From IMG/VR virus record IMGVR_UViG_3300019459_000014, positions 1-44,261 of that record: a stretch of 44,261 nucleotides of DNA, one strand, 5' to 3'. Below, in pieces: positions 37,391 through 44,261 of the stretch (positions within the stretch are counted from its first letter, which is position 1; every line of letters begins with the position of its first letter). The position numbers and the translations under genes were made by a program. The notes under the pieces are model-generated. The model did no database searches and was not told where the DNA came from. It was given only the letters and a program-made list of their open reading frames with translations. The stretch comes from a virus. Taxonomy: Duplodnaviria > Caudoviricetes.

Positions 37391-38446
37391 ATGAAAGAAC
37401 TAATATACAAAGGCCCCCTTAATTCATTGTCTTTTGGCAATGTATCTTACAATCTATTAAAAGCAATGTACAATCAAGACATTGATGTATCAATTTTTCC
37501 AATAGGTAAAGTTGATGTTAGTTCATTCGAGGAGCGCTCTGATGACTTCAAGAAATGGATTGAATCTGCAGTCAAGAAAAGATACGCGAAATTAAAGTCT
37601 GATATTCCAACCTTGCAAATGTGGCATCTCAATGGGTCTGAACATAGAGTTTCATCGAAACAGATTCTTTATACATTTTATGAAATGAGCGAGCCAACAA
37701 TCAACGAAACCAAACTTGCTGAATTTCAAGATAAAACTGTTTTTAGTAGCAGTTATGCCTCCGAAAAATTCACAGGATCACACAGTGCACCTCTTGGCTT
37801 TGATGAATCATTTTACAAAACAGACAAGTCATACATGCCCAATAAAATTCATTTTGGATTGATGGGTAAATTTGAGAAGAGAAAGCATACAGATAAAATC
37901 ATAAGAGCTTGGATAAAAAGATACGGAAACAACTATGACTATCAATTAACCTGTTGCATCACCAATCCATTCTTTAAAAAAGAACAAATGGAGTCAGTAA
38001 TAGGAAACATGCTAGAAGGAAAAAGATATGGCAACATTAATTTCTTACCTTTCTTGCCACAAAACTCTCAGGTCAACGATTTCCTGAATTCAATAGATAT
38101 TGATCTTGGAGGTATGAGTGGCGCAGAAGGATGGAATCTACCCTCGTTTAACGCAACGTGCTTGGGTAAATGGAGCATAGTATTAAACGCTACATCTCAC
38201 AAAGATTGGGCTAATAAAGATAACTGTATCCTAGTTGAACCTTCAGGAACAGAACCTGTATATGATAATATCTTTTTTCACAAAGGAGCTGATTTTAATC
38301 AAGGAGATATATATACATTCGACGAACAAGATTTTATTGCAGCAATGGAAAAAGCTGAAACAAAGTGTAAAATAAATAATGATCAAGGTGAAAAATTAAA
38401 AAACAAATTCACTTATGAAAATACATTAAATAAAATATTAGAGTAA
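37391..38446 (+). CDS. Glycosyltransferase family 4-like
   Basis: LSFG.VS, GKFEKRK..D..I.AW, SGAEGWNLP.F.A..LGK..IV. Confidence 0.85.
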   Translation: MKELIYKGPLNSLSFGNVSYNLLKAMYNQDIDVSIFPIGKVDVSSFEERSDDFKKWIESAVKKRYAKLKSDIPTLQMWHLNGSEHRVSSKQILYTFYEMSEPTINETKLAEFQDKTVFSSSYASEKFTGSHSAPLGFDESFYKTDKSYMPNKIHFGLMGKFEKRKHTDKIIRAWIKRYGNNYDYQLTCCITNPFFKKEQMESVIGNMLEGKRYGNINFLPFLPQNSQVNDFLNSIDIDLGGMSGAEGWNLPSFNATCLGKWSIVLNATSHKDWANKDNCILVEPSGTEPVYDNIFFHKGADFNQGDIYTFDEQDFIAAMEKAETKCKINNDQGEKLKNKFTYENTLNKILE

Positions 38447-38790
38447 TGCCTTTATATACATACGAACACCCAGAAACTGAAGAGACAATAGACATCATAC
38501 AAGGAATGAATGATGAGCATGTTTATGTAGACAAAGAAGGAACGCAATGGAAAAGAGTATTTTATAGCCCAGAAGCTAGTATAGATTCATCAATTGACCC
38601 TTTTAGTAATCAAGCTTTTAAAGATAAAACAGGAAGCGTCAAGGGTACAGTCGGAGAAATGATGGATCGAAGCAAGGAAATGAGTCAAAGACGAAAAGAT
38701 AAACTTGGATATGACCCTGTTCAACAAAAATACTTCAAAGAATATAGCGAGAAAAGGCGTGGAGTTAAGCATCCCCTAGACAAGAGCTAA
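38446..38790 (+). CDS. FmdB-like small protein lacking the zinc-ribbon cysteines
   Basis: MPLYTYEHPETEE..D..Q.M.D..WKRVF..P follows the FmdB MP.Y.Y.C..C pattern but has no Cys. Confidence 0.55.
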   Translation: MPLYTYEHPETEETIDIIQGMNDEHVYVDKEGTQWKRVFYSPEASIDSSIDPFSNQAFKDKTGSVKGTVGEMMDRSKEMSQRRKDKLGYDPVQQKYFKEYSEKRRGVKHPLDKS

Positions 38791-38796
38791 AAAAAA

Positions 38797-38802
38797 GTGT
38801 AA
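38797..38802 (+). promoter_or_regulatory. GTGTAA motif, candidate phage promoter element
   Basis: AAAAGTGTAATAA, 11 nt before ATG 38814, with no SD sequence. Confidence 0.55.
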
Positions 38803-38813
38803 TAATTCCTGCG

Positions 38814-39815
38814 ATGTCTAATGCAGGAAATTTTAAGAATAATCCGTTATATACGGATATAAGTAAGCTCGACCACCTATCTCCGCAGCCTACGTTTTCC
38901 TACAATTGGAATACTGAAAGTGGAAGATGGGAGCCAGCGGGTGGTGGAGGTGGTGGAGCAGGAGGTTCTGTAGATATATCAAACCTCAACGAGTTGATAT
39001 CTGGCCTATCTTCAGGAATATCTGGAGCTCTAGATATAGGGTTAGGTGGAGATGCAATAGATCAACTAGTTTCTGGCCTTTCTGGAGTAGGTTTTGGTGG
39101 CGCAGCAGTTCAAGAACTGCTTTCTGGAATCAAATCAGGCATTGAAAACCAGAATCAAGCTGTAGTAAATATTGACCGTATAGATACTCAGCCATGGAAA
39201 CTAATAACCAAAACAGTAAACCAAAAGATTGAAGAAGATTTTATCTTAATGGAGAATATTCCTGATGATGTTCGAAAAGGAACATACTCGGGCGATTGTT
39301 ATGGTATTGATCGATTCATAATGGATGATATATATAATACTCACTTCGCCAACGGAAGAACCAACCCAAGTACTCCAGAAACTGGTCACCCAGATTACTT
39401 TATTCATGAAGAATCAATTGACACAGGAAGATGCGTTGAATCAAATGGAACATTCCACACGGACACAGCCTACGGATTGAGACAAGAAAATGAAAGGGCC
39501 AGCGCCTTAAACTCATACGAACTTAAAGATTTTACTGAATTGTACGATCTAGGTTTAGCGGAAAGCGTTTTAATCTTCAATGAATCTCCATATCCAATAC
39601 AATTTCATACAATAGATAAAACATTTGATCCCACAAAAACAGACGATCCTGAAAATAATAATATTATGTATTTATATCCTGATACATCAGTACAAATAAA
39701 CAGCGATGAAGCAAGAAAAATATATGTAAAAAGACCACACACAATATCAGGTTATACAGTAAAATATAATATAACATACAAAGAAACAGGAATCACTGAT
39801 ATAATTTACTCATAA
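38814..39815 (+). CDS. Hypothetical protein, probably virion-associated, with poly-Gly and Ser-Gly repeats
   Basis: 333-aa ORF with AGGGGGGAGG and three L(I/V/L)SG(L/I) units. Preceded by GTGTAA. Confidence 0.6.
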   Translation: MSNAGNFKNNPLYTDISKLDHLSPQPTFSYNWNTESGRWEPAGGGGGGAGGSVDISNLNELISGLSSGISGALDIGLGGDAIDQLVSGLSGVGFGGAAVQELLSGIKSGIENQNQAVVNIDRIDTQPWKLITKTVNQKIEEDFILMENIPDDVRKGTYSGDCYGIDRFIMDDIYNTHFANGRTNPSTPETGHPDYFIHEESIDTGRCVESNGTFHTDTAYGLRQENERASALNSYELKDFTELYDLGLAESVLIFNESPYPIQFHTIDKTFDPTKTDDPENNNIMYLYPDTSVQINSDEARKIYVKRPHTISGYTVKYNITYKETGITDIIYS

Positions 39816-40216
39816 TGCAATTTTTTGAAATACAAAAACCTTTAAAAAGAGTTGGACCAAATAATTATGTGATTGGTCAAAATGTTCTACAACCACAATT
39901 AAAACTTGATGGAGGAAGACTAGAAGTACAAGAGATTCAAGCTACAACAGGTTTATATGTAAGTGGCATAAATTTCATAGAATACCTTACGGGTGATTTT
40001 AATTTTACCAATATTGAAAATAATTTTTATGAGTTAAGATATCAAATGTCAGAAGCTTTTGAAGAAGATGAAAATGGAGATTTAACTCCGTCAAATGCAC
40101 CTGCAATATCTGATACAATGTGGATACTAAGAAATGATAATGATCTAGAATTAAGAAGCAATCACTGGAGATACAATACTGGGCCAGAAGCTTTTACAGA
40201 TGATATATCAATTTAA
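39815..40216 (+). CDS. Hypothetical protein
   Basis: TAATG-coupled 133-aa ORF. Confidence 0.65.
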   Translation: MQFFEIQKPLKRVGPNNYVIGQNVLQPQLKLDGGRLEVQEIQATTGLYVSGINFIEYLTGDFNFTNIENNFYELRYQMSEAFEEDENGDLTPSNAPAISDTMWILRNDNDLELRSNHWRYNTGPEAFTDDISI

Positions 40217-40225
40217 ACATAAAAA

Positions 40226-40231
40226 GTGTAA
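40226..40231 (+). promoter_or_regulatory. GTGTAA motif, candidate phage promoter element
   Basis: AAAAAGTGTAA, 8 nt before ATG 40240. Confidence 0.55.
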
Positions 40232-40239
40232 CTAATAAG

Positions 40240-42825
40240 ATGGCAACAAGGAATCTAGTACCAAGGAATAGCGGAGAAGGTAGCGTCGGAAAAGTAGAAA
40301 AAGCTTGGGCGACAGGAGTATTCGATAACCTCTATATCAAGGGAATCGAATTCTCGATGGATCAAAATGTTAGAACCACAGATAGTGTTGAATTTGTTAG
40401 TGGTAATTTTACAGATGGATTAACACTTGGAGGAGTGGATGTAGCAAAACTTGGGACATCAATATCAGAAGTTCAATCTGGAGCAGCAGAGTTTTGTTTC
40501 TTTTCGGATGTTACTGATAACCAAGGAATAACACAGAAAAATTTTTACGACACTCCCACCCCAAACACCTTCATGTCAGGAGTGACTGTTGCCACAGCAG
40601 AAGACTTGAAGATATATTTTCAATGGGATGGCCCAAATGAAGATTACATAGGAGAAGCTTATATAAATGGCCAGCGTATACCTGATGAAAACATTGAACA
40701 ATTAGGAACTCACACAAGAAGATTCATAGGTTATCTAGACAATGTAAATGCAACAGGCTTAACTGGCATAACTGGATCCGCAAATGGAAGAGTTTCCGTG
40801 CTTCCTTTAACAGAACTAGGAGGAGGTCCTACTCCAACCAACATTTTAATAGATGAACTCGAAAATGCAACCGCAAAACCCGGAGAACTTCTTGGAACAA
40901 CTCATTTAAAACAAGGAGATGAAATTAATATTTATATTGATTTCAATAGAGATGATGTAGATCTAATAAAGGTTCATGACTTTGGATTAGCTCAAGAAAT
41001 AGATTATACAAACTATTCACTTCAAGATTTAGGAGGAACTTACAGAGCAACAATACCAGTAACAGTATCAAATAGAAATGGAAGTTTATCTGTTGCAGTT
41101 CAAGCGATAGACTCATTTGGAAGTACTGGAGATCTAAAAGAATCGTCAGACTTCGGGCACACTAGCGGAACAAGAGACTTGGATCAGTTATATCCAAATA
41201 TAACCGCAAGTGATCCATCATCATACAATGGAAGAACTGATGGCTTAAGGGAAGGAGAAACCACAACTTTTAACAATAGCATATCAAACTGGACAGATGG
41301 TGTTGACTTTGTGAGTTACGAAGTTCTTGATCCTAAAATTTCAATGGATAATCTCGTGGATTTTGAAGCAACGAAGACGGTAAATTATGTTGACGGTATA
41401 TATAGCAACACAGACAATATAGAAATATATGCTGTAAGAACCGGAAATGGCGCAACAGACACGGAAAGAGTTAATGTAAAAATAGCAAATGGGCCAGTGA
41501 TAGTTTCAACCCAATTAGACTCTCTTGCAAGCTCTGCAACTGCGCCGCATGTAATTGGAGACTCTCAGATAAAAGCTGGAGATATAGTAAACTCTAAAAT
41601 TGAAATTGACGGCAAAGGAGTTGATATAGGAAATATATCTATTTCTGTAGCAAACAATGGGGTCAGCAATGGATCTCAAACTTCTTACAATTCAAGCTAC
41701 AGTAAAACCACATTGATTAACGGTAATTTTGAGTTCACAATTCCAATAAATGTGTTTGGTTCTCTTGGTTCTTCAGCCAGAGATGGAGATCAAACTGCCA
41801 CTTTTACAGCGAGAAATAATTTCGGAACACTCAGCGATTCAGCAACCACAACAGATACAGCCGAGGTTCATAATGGAACAATACCCTCTATTAGCTTTGG
41901 ATCAATTCAATATCCAGTTGGACAACAAGCATTAAAATCAGGTGAATCAGCAAACCTTGAAAATGTTGTAGTAAATTATGATTTAATTTCATACACTTCT
42001 CCAAATAATCAAATAGCAATTTCAAACCCAACAACCTTCGAAACAAATAAAAATATAGATTATGCTTCAGGAGGTTATAATATTGACGGAGACGGTGGAC
42101 AAAATAATATAAAAATTAGCGCAACAAGAAGCGCAAACGGAGCAGTGTCACAGTCTTATAAAATTGCAAACATTGCAAACACTCCAATAACAATAAGTAT
42201 AAACAATCTTGCCGCGAAATTAAAAACAAGTACATCTAGTACAAGCGATAATTTTAATCTAACAACAAGTCAGTTGATGTTGAGCGCTCCAACATTATCC
42301 GTGGATCCATCTCAAACAAATCCTTCAAGTTTATCTCAAACAGCAAGCGGTTCAGGAAAAACAAGTAATGCATATACATTAACAGTTGAAGACTCAAACA
42401 CAAAAGGTACATTCAATTGGCAAGTCAGTGCTTTTAATCTCGCGGGAATCGAGACAACCTCAATATCAAGCAACCCGACATATACCCTAGAAGGTTTCAA
42501 CTCAAGAACAATCATAGCCTCGCCAAATAGTCTCGGGGCTGGACTAGCTCCAGTGGGAACCACAGTCACAAATGCAAACAATATAACTTTTGAAAATGTT
42601 TCAGAAGGTGGAACCGCACCAAATGGCGGAACCTTATATACCTATCAATCATATTCCGACGGAATACAACTTGATAATACTTATGATGTAAACAATAAAT
42701 TTACAGTTTGCGATGAAAATGGATTAACAGACAACAATGGGGATCATGTATTTAATTTAGATAAGCTTAATCGAGCAGCAAACAGCTCAACAAGCAATCC
42801 AGCTTCTTTTGTTATATCTGAATAA
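40240..42825 (+). CDS. Large S/T/N/G-rich beta-sandwich protein, putative virion fibre/decoration protein
   Basis: N-terminal ATRNLVPR..GEGS.G...KAW fibre-type motif. Internal repeat (LREGET..YEV..FEATKTVNY..G.Y..NIEIYA.R.GNGA vs LKSGES..Y.S..FETNKNIDY..GGY..NIKISATRSANGA). Confidence 0.55.
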   Translation: MATRNLVPRNSGEGSVGKVEKAWATGVFDNLYIKGIEFSMDQNVRTTDSVEFVSGNFTDGLTLGGVDVAKLGTSISEVQSGAAEFCFFSDVTDNQGITQKNFYDTPTPNTFMSGVTVATAEDLKIYFQWDGPNEDYIGEAYINGQRIPDENIEQLGTHTRRFIGYLDNVNATGLTGITGSANGRVSVLPLTELGGGPTPTNILIDELENATAKPGELLGTTHLKQGDEINIYIDFNRDDVDLIKVHDFGLAQEIDYTNYSLQDLGGTYRATIPVTVSNRNGSLSVAVQAIDSFGSTGDLKESSDFGHTSGTRDLDQLYPNITASDPSSYNGRTDGLREGETTTFNNSISNWTDGVDFVSYEVLDPKISMDNLVDFEATKTVNYVDGIYSNTDNIEIYAVRTGNGATDTERVNVKIANGPVIVSTQLDSLASSATAPHVIGDSQIKAGDIVNSKIEIDGKGVDIGNISISVANNGVSNGSQTSYNSSYSKTTLINGNFEFTIPINVFGSLGSSARDGDQTATFTARNNFGTLSDSATTTDTAEVHNGTIPSISFGSIQYPVGQQALKSGESANLENVVVNYDLISYTSPNNQIAISNPTTFETNKNIDYASGGYNIDGDGGQNNIKISATRSANGAVSQSYKIANIANTPITISINNLAAKLKTSTSSTSDNFNLTTSQLMLSAPTLSVDPSQTNPSSLSQTASGSGKTSNAYTLTVEDSNTKGTFNWQVSAFNLAGIETTSISSNPTYTLEGFNSRTIIASPNSLGAGLAPVGTTVTNANNITFENVSEGGTAPNGGTLYTYQSYSDGIQLDNTYDVNNKFTVCDENGLTDNNGDHVFNLDKLNRAANSSTSNPASFVISE

Positions 42826-43014
42826 TTAAATAGAGTCGTAGTCAGACTTACTGCAAAACTTAGTCAACTTGGTTCCATCCTGATCAACAGCCTTTAATGC
42901 GTATCTTATGCTTTGCTTCCCAGCCTTTGTTGTTTTCTCGTAAGCATGTTTCGTTACACAAGAAGGATCAACTTTTACTTTTTGTTTTTTCTTTACATTA
43001 TAGAATTCTATCAT
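42826..43014 (-). CDS. Small basic protein, Cc1/DUF5679-like putative DNA-binding protein
   Basis: 62 aa, Lys-rich; EFYNVKKKQKV..TKAG..RYALKA..DGTKLTKF. Its stop abuts the stop of the convergent gene. Confidence 0.6.
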   Translation of the reverse strand: MIEFYNVKKKQKVKVDPSCVTKHAYEKTTKAGKQSIRYALKAVDQDGTKLTKFCSKSDYDSI

Positions 43015-43030
43015 GTATTATATTAACAAA

Positions 43031-43657
43031 TTATTCGTATTTTTCAGAATTTTGTGTTAATTTATTAAAGATATCATCCTTTACATCTTGATCACAAAAG
43101 AACCATTTATACATTAAATCATTTTTCATTTTATTTATTTTTGATTCTATTTTACCTATAGATTCTTCCATCTCCTCAAGATAACTAAACGATAAACTTT
43201 TTAAAGTTATATCCAATTCTAGCGCAGCCTTAAATAAACCCCAGAAATCTCCTTCTTGTTTTCCCTGAACTACTTCATTATAAAGATCGGTTCTTTCTTG
43301 TATTTCTTTTTCTGATAAATTTTTAGTTTTATCAGGGTGGGTTGCTTTTACTATTTCGCGGTATAAATCTTTAATTTCATCGCTAGTTTGTTCTCTATTG
43401 TTTTCTTTCTTTTGTTTCTCTCCTAAAGGAGGATGAATCTTTCTTTCGGAACAAAAATTAAACATAGACGAAACAAACTCCTTTTGAGCTGCAGAAAATA
43501 TTTCGCGCGTTTCTTCATATTCTTCATTTATATATAAAGCTTTATGTTTTAGTTTTTTAAATTTTTTAGATAAAAGTTTTTCCGTTTGACCTTGATTTAC
43601 ATTTTTAATTATTTCATCTCGATCACTATTATCAAATATGTTATCCCAATTTTGCAT
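43031..43657 (-). CDS. J-domain-like (HPD motif) protein
   Basis: EIKDLYREIVKATHPDK...LYNEV matches helices II-III of a DnaJ J-domain, flanked by coiled coils. Confidence 0.7.
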   Translation of the reverse strand: MQNWDNIFDNSDRDEIIKNVNQGQTEKLLSKKFKKLKHKALYINEEYEETREIFSAAQKEFVSSMFNFCSERKIHPPLGEKQKKENNREQTSDEIKDLYREIVKATHPDKTKNLSEKEIQERTDLYNEVVQGKQEGDFWGLFKAALELDITLKSLSFSYLEEMEESIGKIESKINKMKNDLMYKWFFCDQDVKDDIFNKLTQNSEKYE

Positions 43658-43665
43658 ATATAATA

Positions 43666-43671
43666 TTACAC
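43666..43671 (-). promoter_or_regulatory. GTGTAA motif, candidate phage promoter element
   Basis: Minus strand GTGTAA-TATTATAT-ATG (8 nt to start 43657), directly after a terminator U-tract. Confidence 0.55.
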
Positions 43672-43697
43672 AAAAAAGGCGGCCCCGTAGGGCCGCC
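43672..43697 (-). terminator. Rho-independent terminator
   Basis: Minus strand GGCGGCCC-TACG-GGGCCGCC-TTTTTT: 8-bp all-GC stem, cUACGg tetraloop and U6, about 23 nt after the stop at 43721. Confidence 0.93.
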
Positions 43698-43720
43698 CAA
43701 GATAAGAAATCTTACTCGTA

Positions 43721-44260
43721 TTAGATGGAAGCCAAAACTTGCATCTTGTAGCTGGTGCTAGCAATATCGTCAGAGAATACGAATGTAGCAGTATGATTAC
43801 TACCGCTTCCTCCATCAACCGACTTGAGCATAAATCCAATGATAGGATCAGTGTCTACAGAGGTCATGAGTACACCAACAACTTTTGGAGTTGTCGAGAA
43901 TTCTCTTCCGAGATCAATAGTTACGCTCGATACAGCATCACCAGTTGACCAGATTTGTTTTTCTGCAACAACTACATCATTCTTAGCAGCTAATGCAGCC
44001 AAGCTGGAAACGTCGCTGTCAAGATCAAGATCTTTGAATGCGAGACTGGAAACGTCACTGTCTGTAAGAGCTTCATCGCTTACACGCTGAGCTTGAAGAC
44101 TCGAGATGTCGCTATCTGTTTCAGCTTCGTCAGACACACGCTGAGCTTGAAGGCTCGAGATGTCGCTATCAACATTACCATCTTTAGCTACCAAGCTAGA
44201 AATGTCAGAGTCAAGATCAAGATCCTTGAACTGAAGACTTGAGATTTCGTTGTCGTTAGC
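43721..44260 (-). CDS. Coiled-coil repeat protein, C-terminal part (5'-truncated), putative virion fibre
   Basis: Frame is open to the window edge (ANDNEISSLQFKDLDLDSDISSLV...). Six (I/V)SSL units spaced 14 or 18 aa. Small beta-rich C-terminal domain (VTIDLGREFSTTPKVV). Confidence 0.75.
   Translation of the reverse strand, partial: ANDNEISSLQFKDLDLDSDISSLVAKDGNVDSDISSLQAQRVSDEAETDSDISSLQAQRVSDEALTDSDVSSLAFKDLDLDSDVSSLAALAAKNDVVVAEKQIWSTGDAVSSVTIDLGREFSTTPKVVGVLMTSVDTDPIIGFMLKSVDGGSGSNHTATFVFSDDIASTSYKMQVLASI
44082..44170. repeat. 35-bp direct repeat, period 54 bp, inside the repeat gene
   Basis: ACACGCTGAGCTTGAAG(A/G)CTCGAGATGTCGCTATC at 44082-44116 and 44136-44170. Confidence 0.9.
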
Positions 44261-44261
44261 A

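Noticed and set aside
403-44090. Many 60-118 aa ORFs antisense to or nested in long genes
   Set aside because: They are shadow ORFs with no recognisable motifs, fully overlapping well-supported genes.
44082-44170. 35-bp repeats with a 19-bp gap as CRISPR
   Set aside because: The 54-bp period is in frame and encodes the protein repeat.

Overview
AT-rich window from a large tailed dsDNA phage (or prophage), with no rRNA, tRNA, CRISPR or IS elements seen. Block 1 (1-27.2 kb, +) is a lambda-like tail operon with hugely expanded genes: tape measure (5'-truncated), two tube-fold-like proteins, a double gpM-like protein with a decayed leishmanolysin-like domain, gpL, JAB-only gpK, a gpI-gpJ fusion, a 2404-aa fibre and two paralogous S74-chaperone proteins. 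Block 2 (27.2-35.4 kb, -) is a glycan-biosynthesis cluster (GT4, split GT9, WavE-like, GDPD-like, HAD/nucleotidyltransferase) interleaved with an annealase-like, a Whirly-like and a winged-helix protein. A divergent promoter region with two 21-bp repeats and an AT-rich tract lies at 35.4-35.57 kb (candidate origin or operator). Block 3 (35.6-42.8 kb, +) encodes a dNMP kinase, a sigma-70-like factor, SSB, GT4 and putative virion proteins. The right end (-) has a small basic protein, a J-domain-like protein, a strong terminator and a truncated SD(I/V)SSL coiled-coil repeat protein. Highlights: a GTGTAA motif before four genes (candidate phage promoter); three small bacterial-surface-protein-like modules repeatedly inserted into tail proteins, one shared with a glycosyltransferase; and a candidate virion glycosylation system. 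All family calls come from motif recognition by eye, not from searches.
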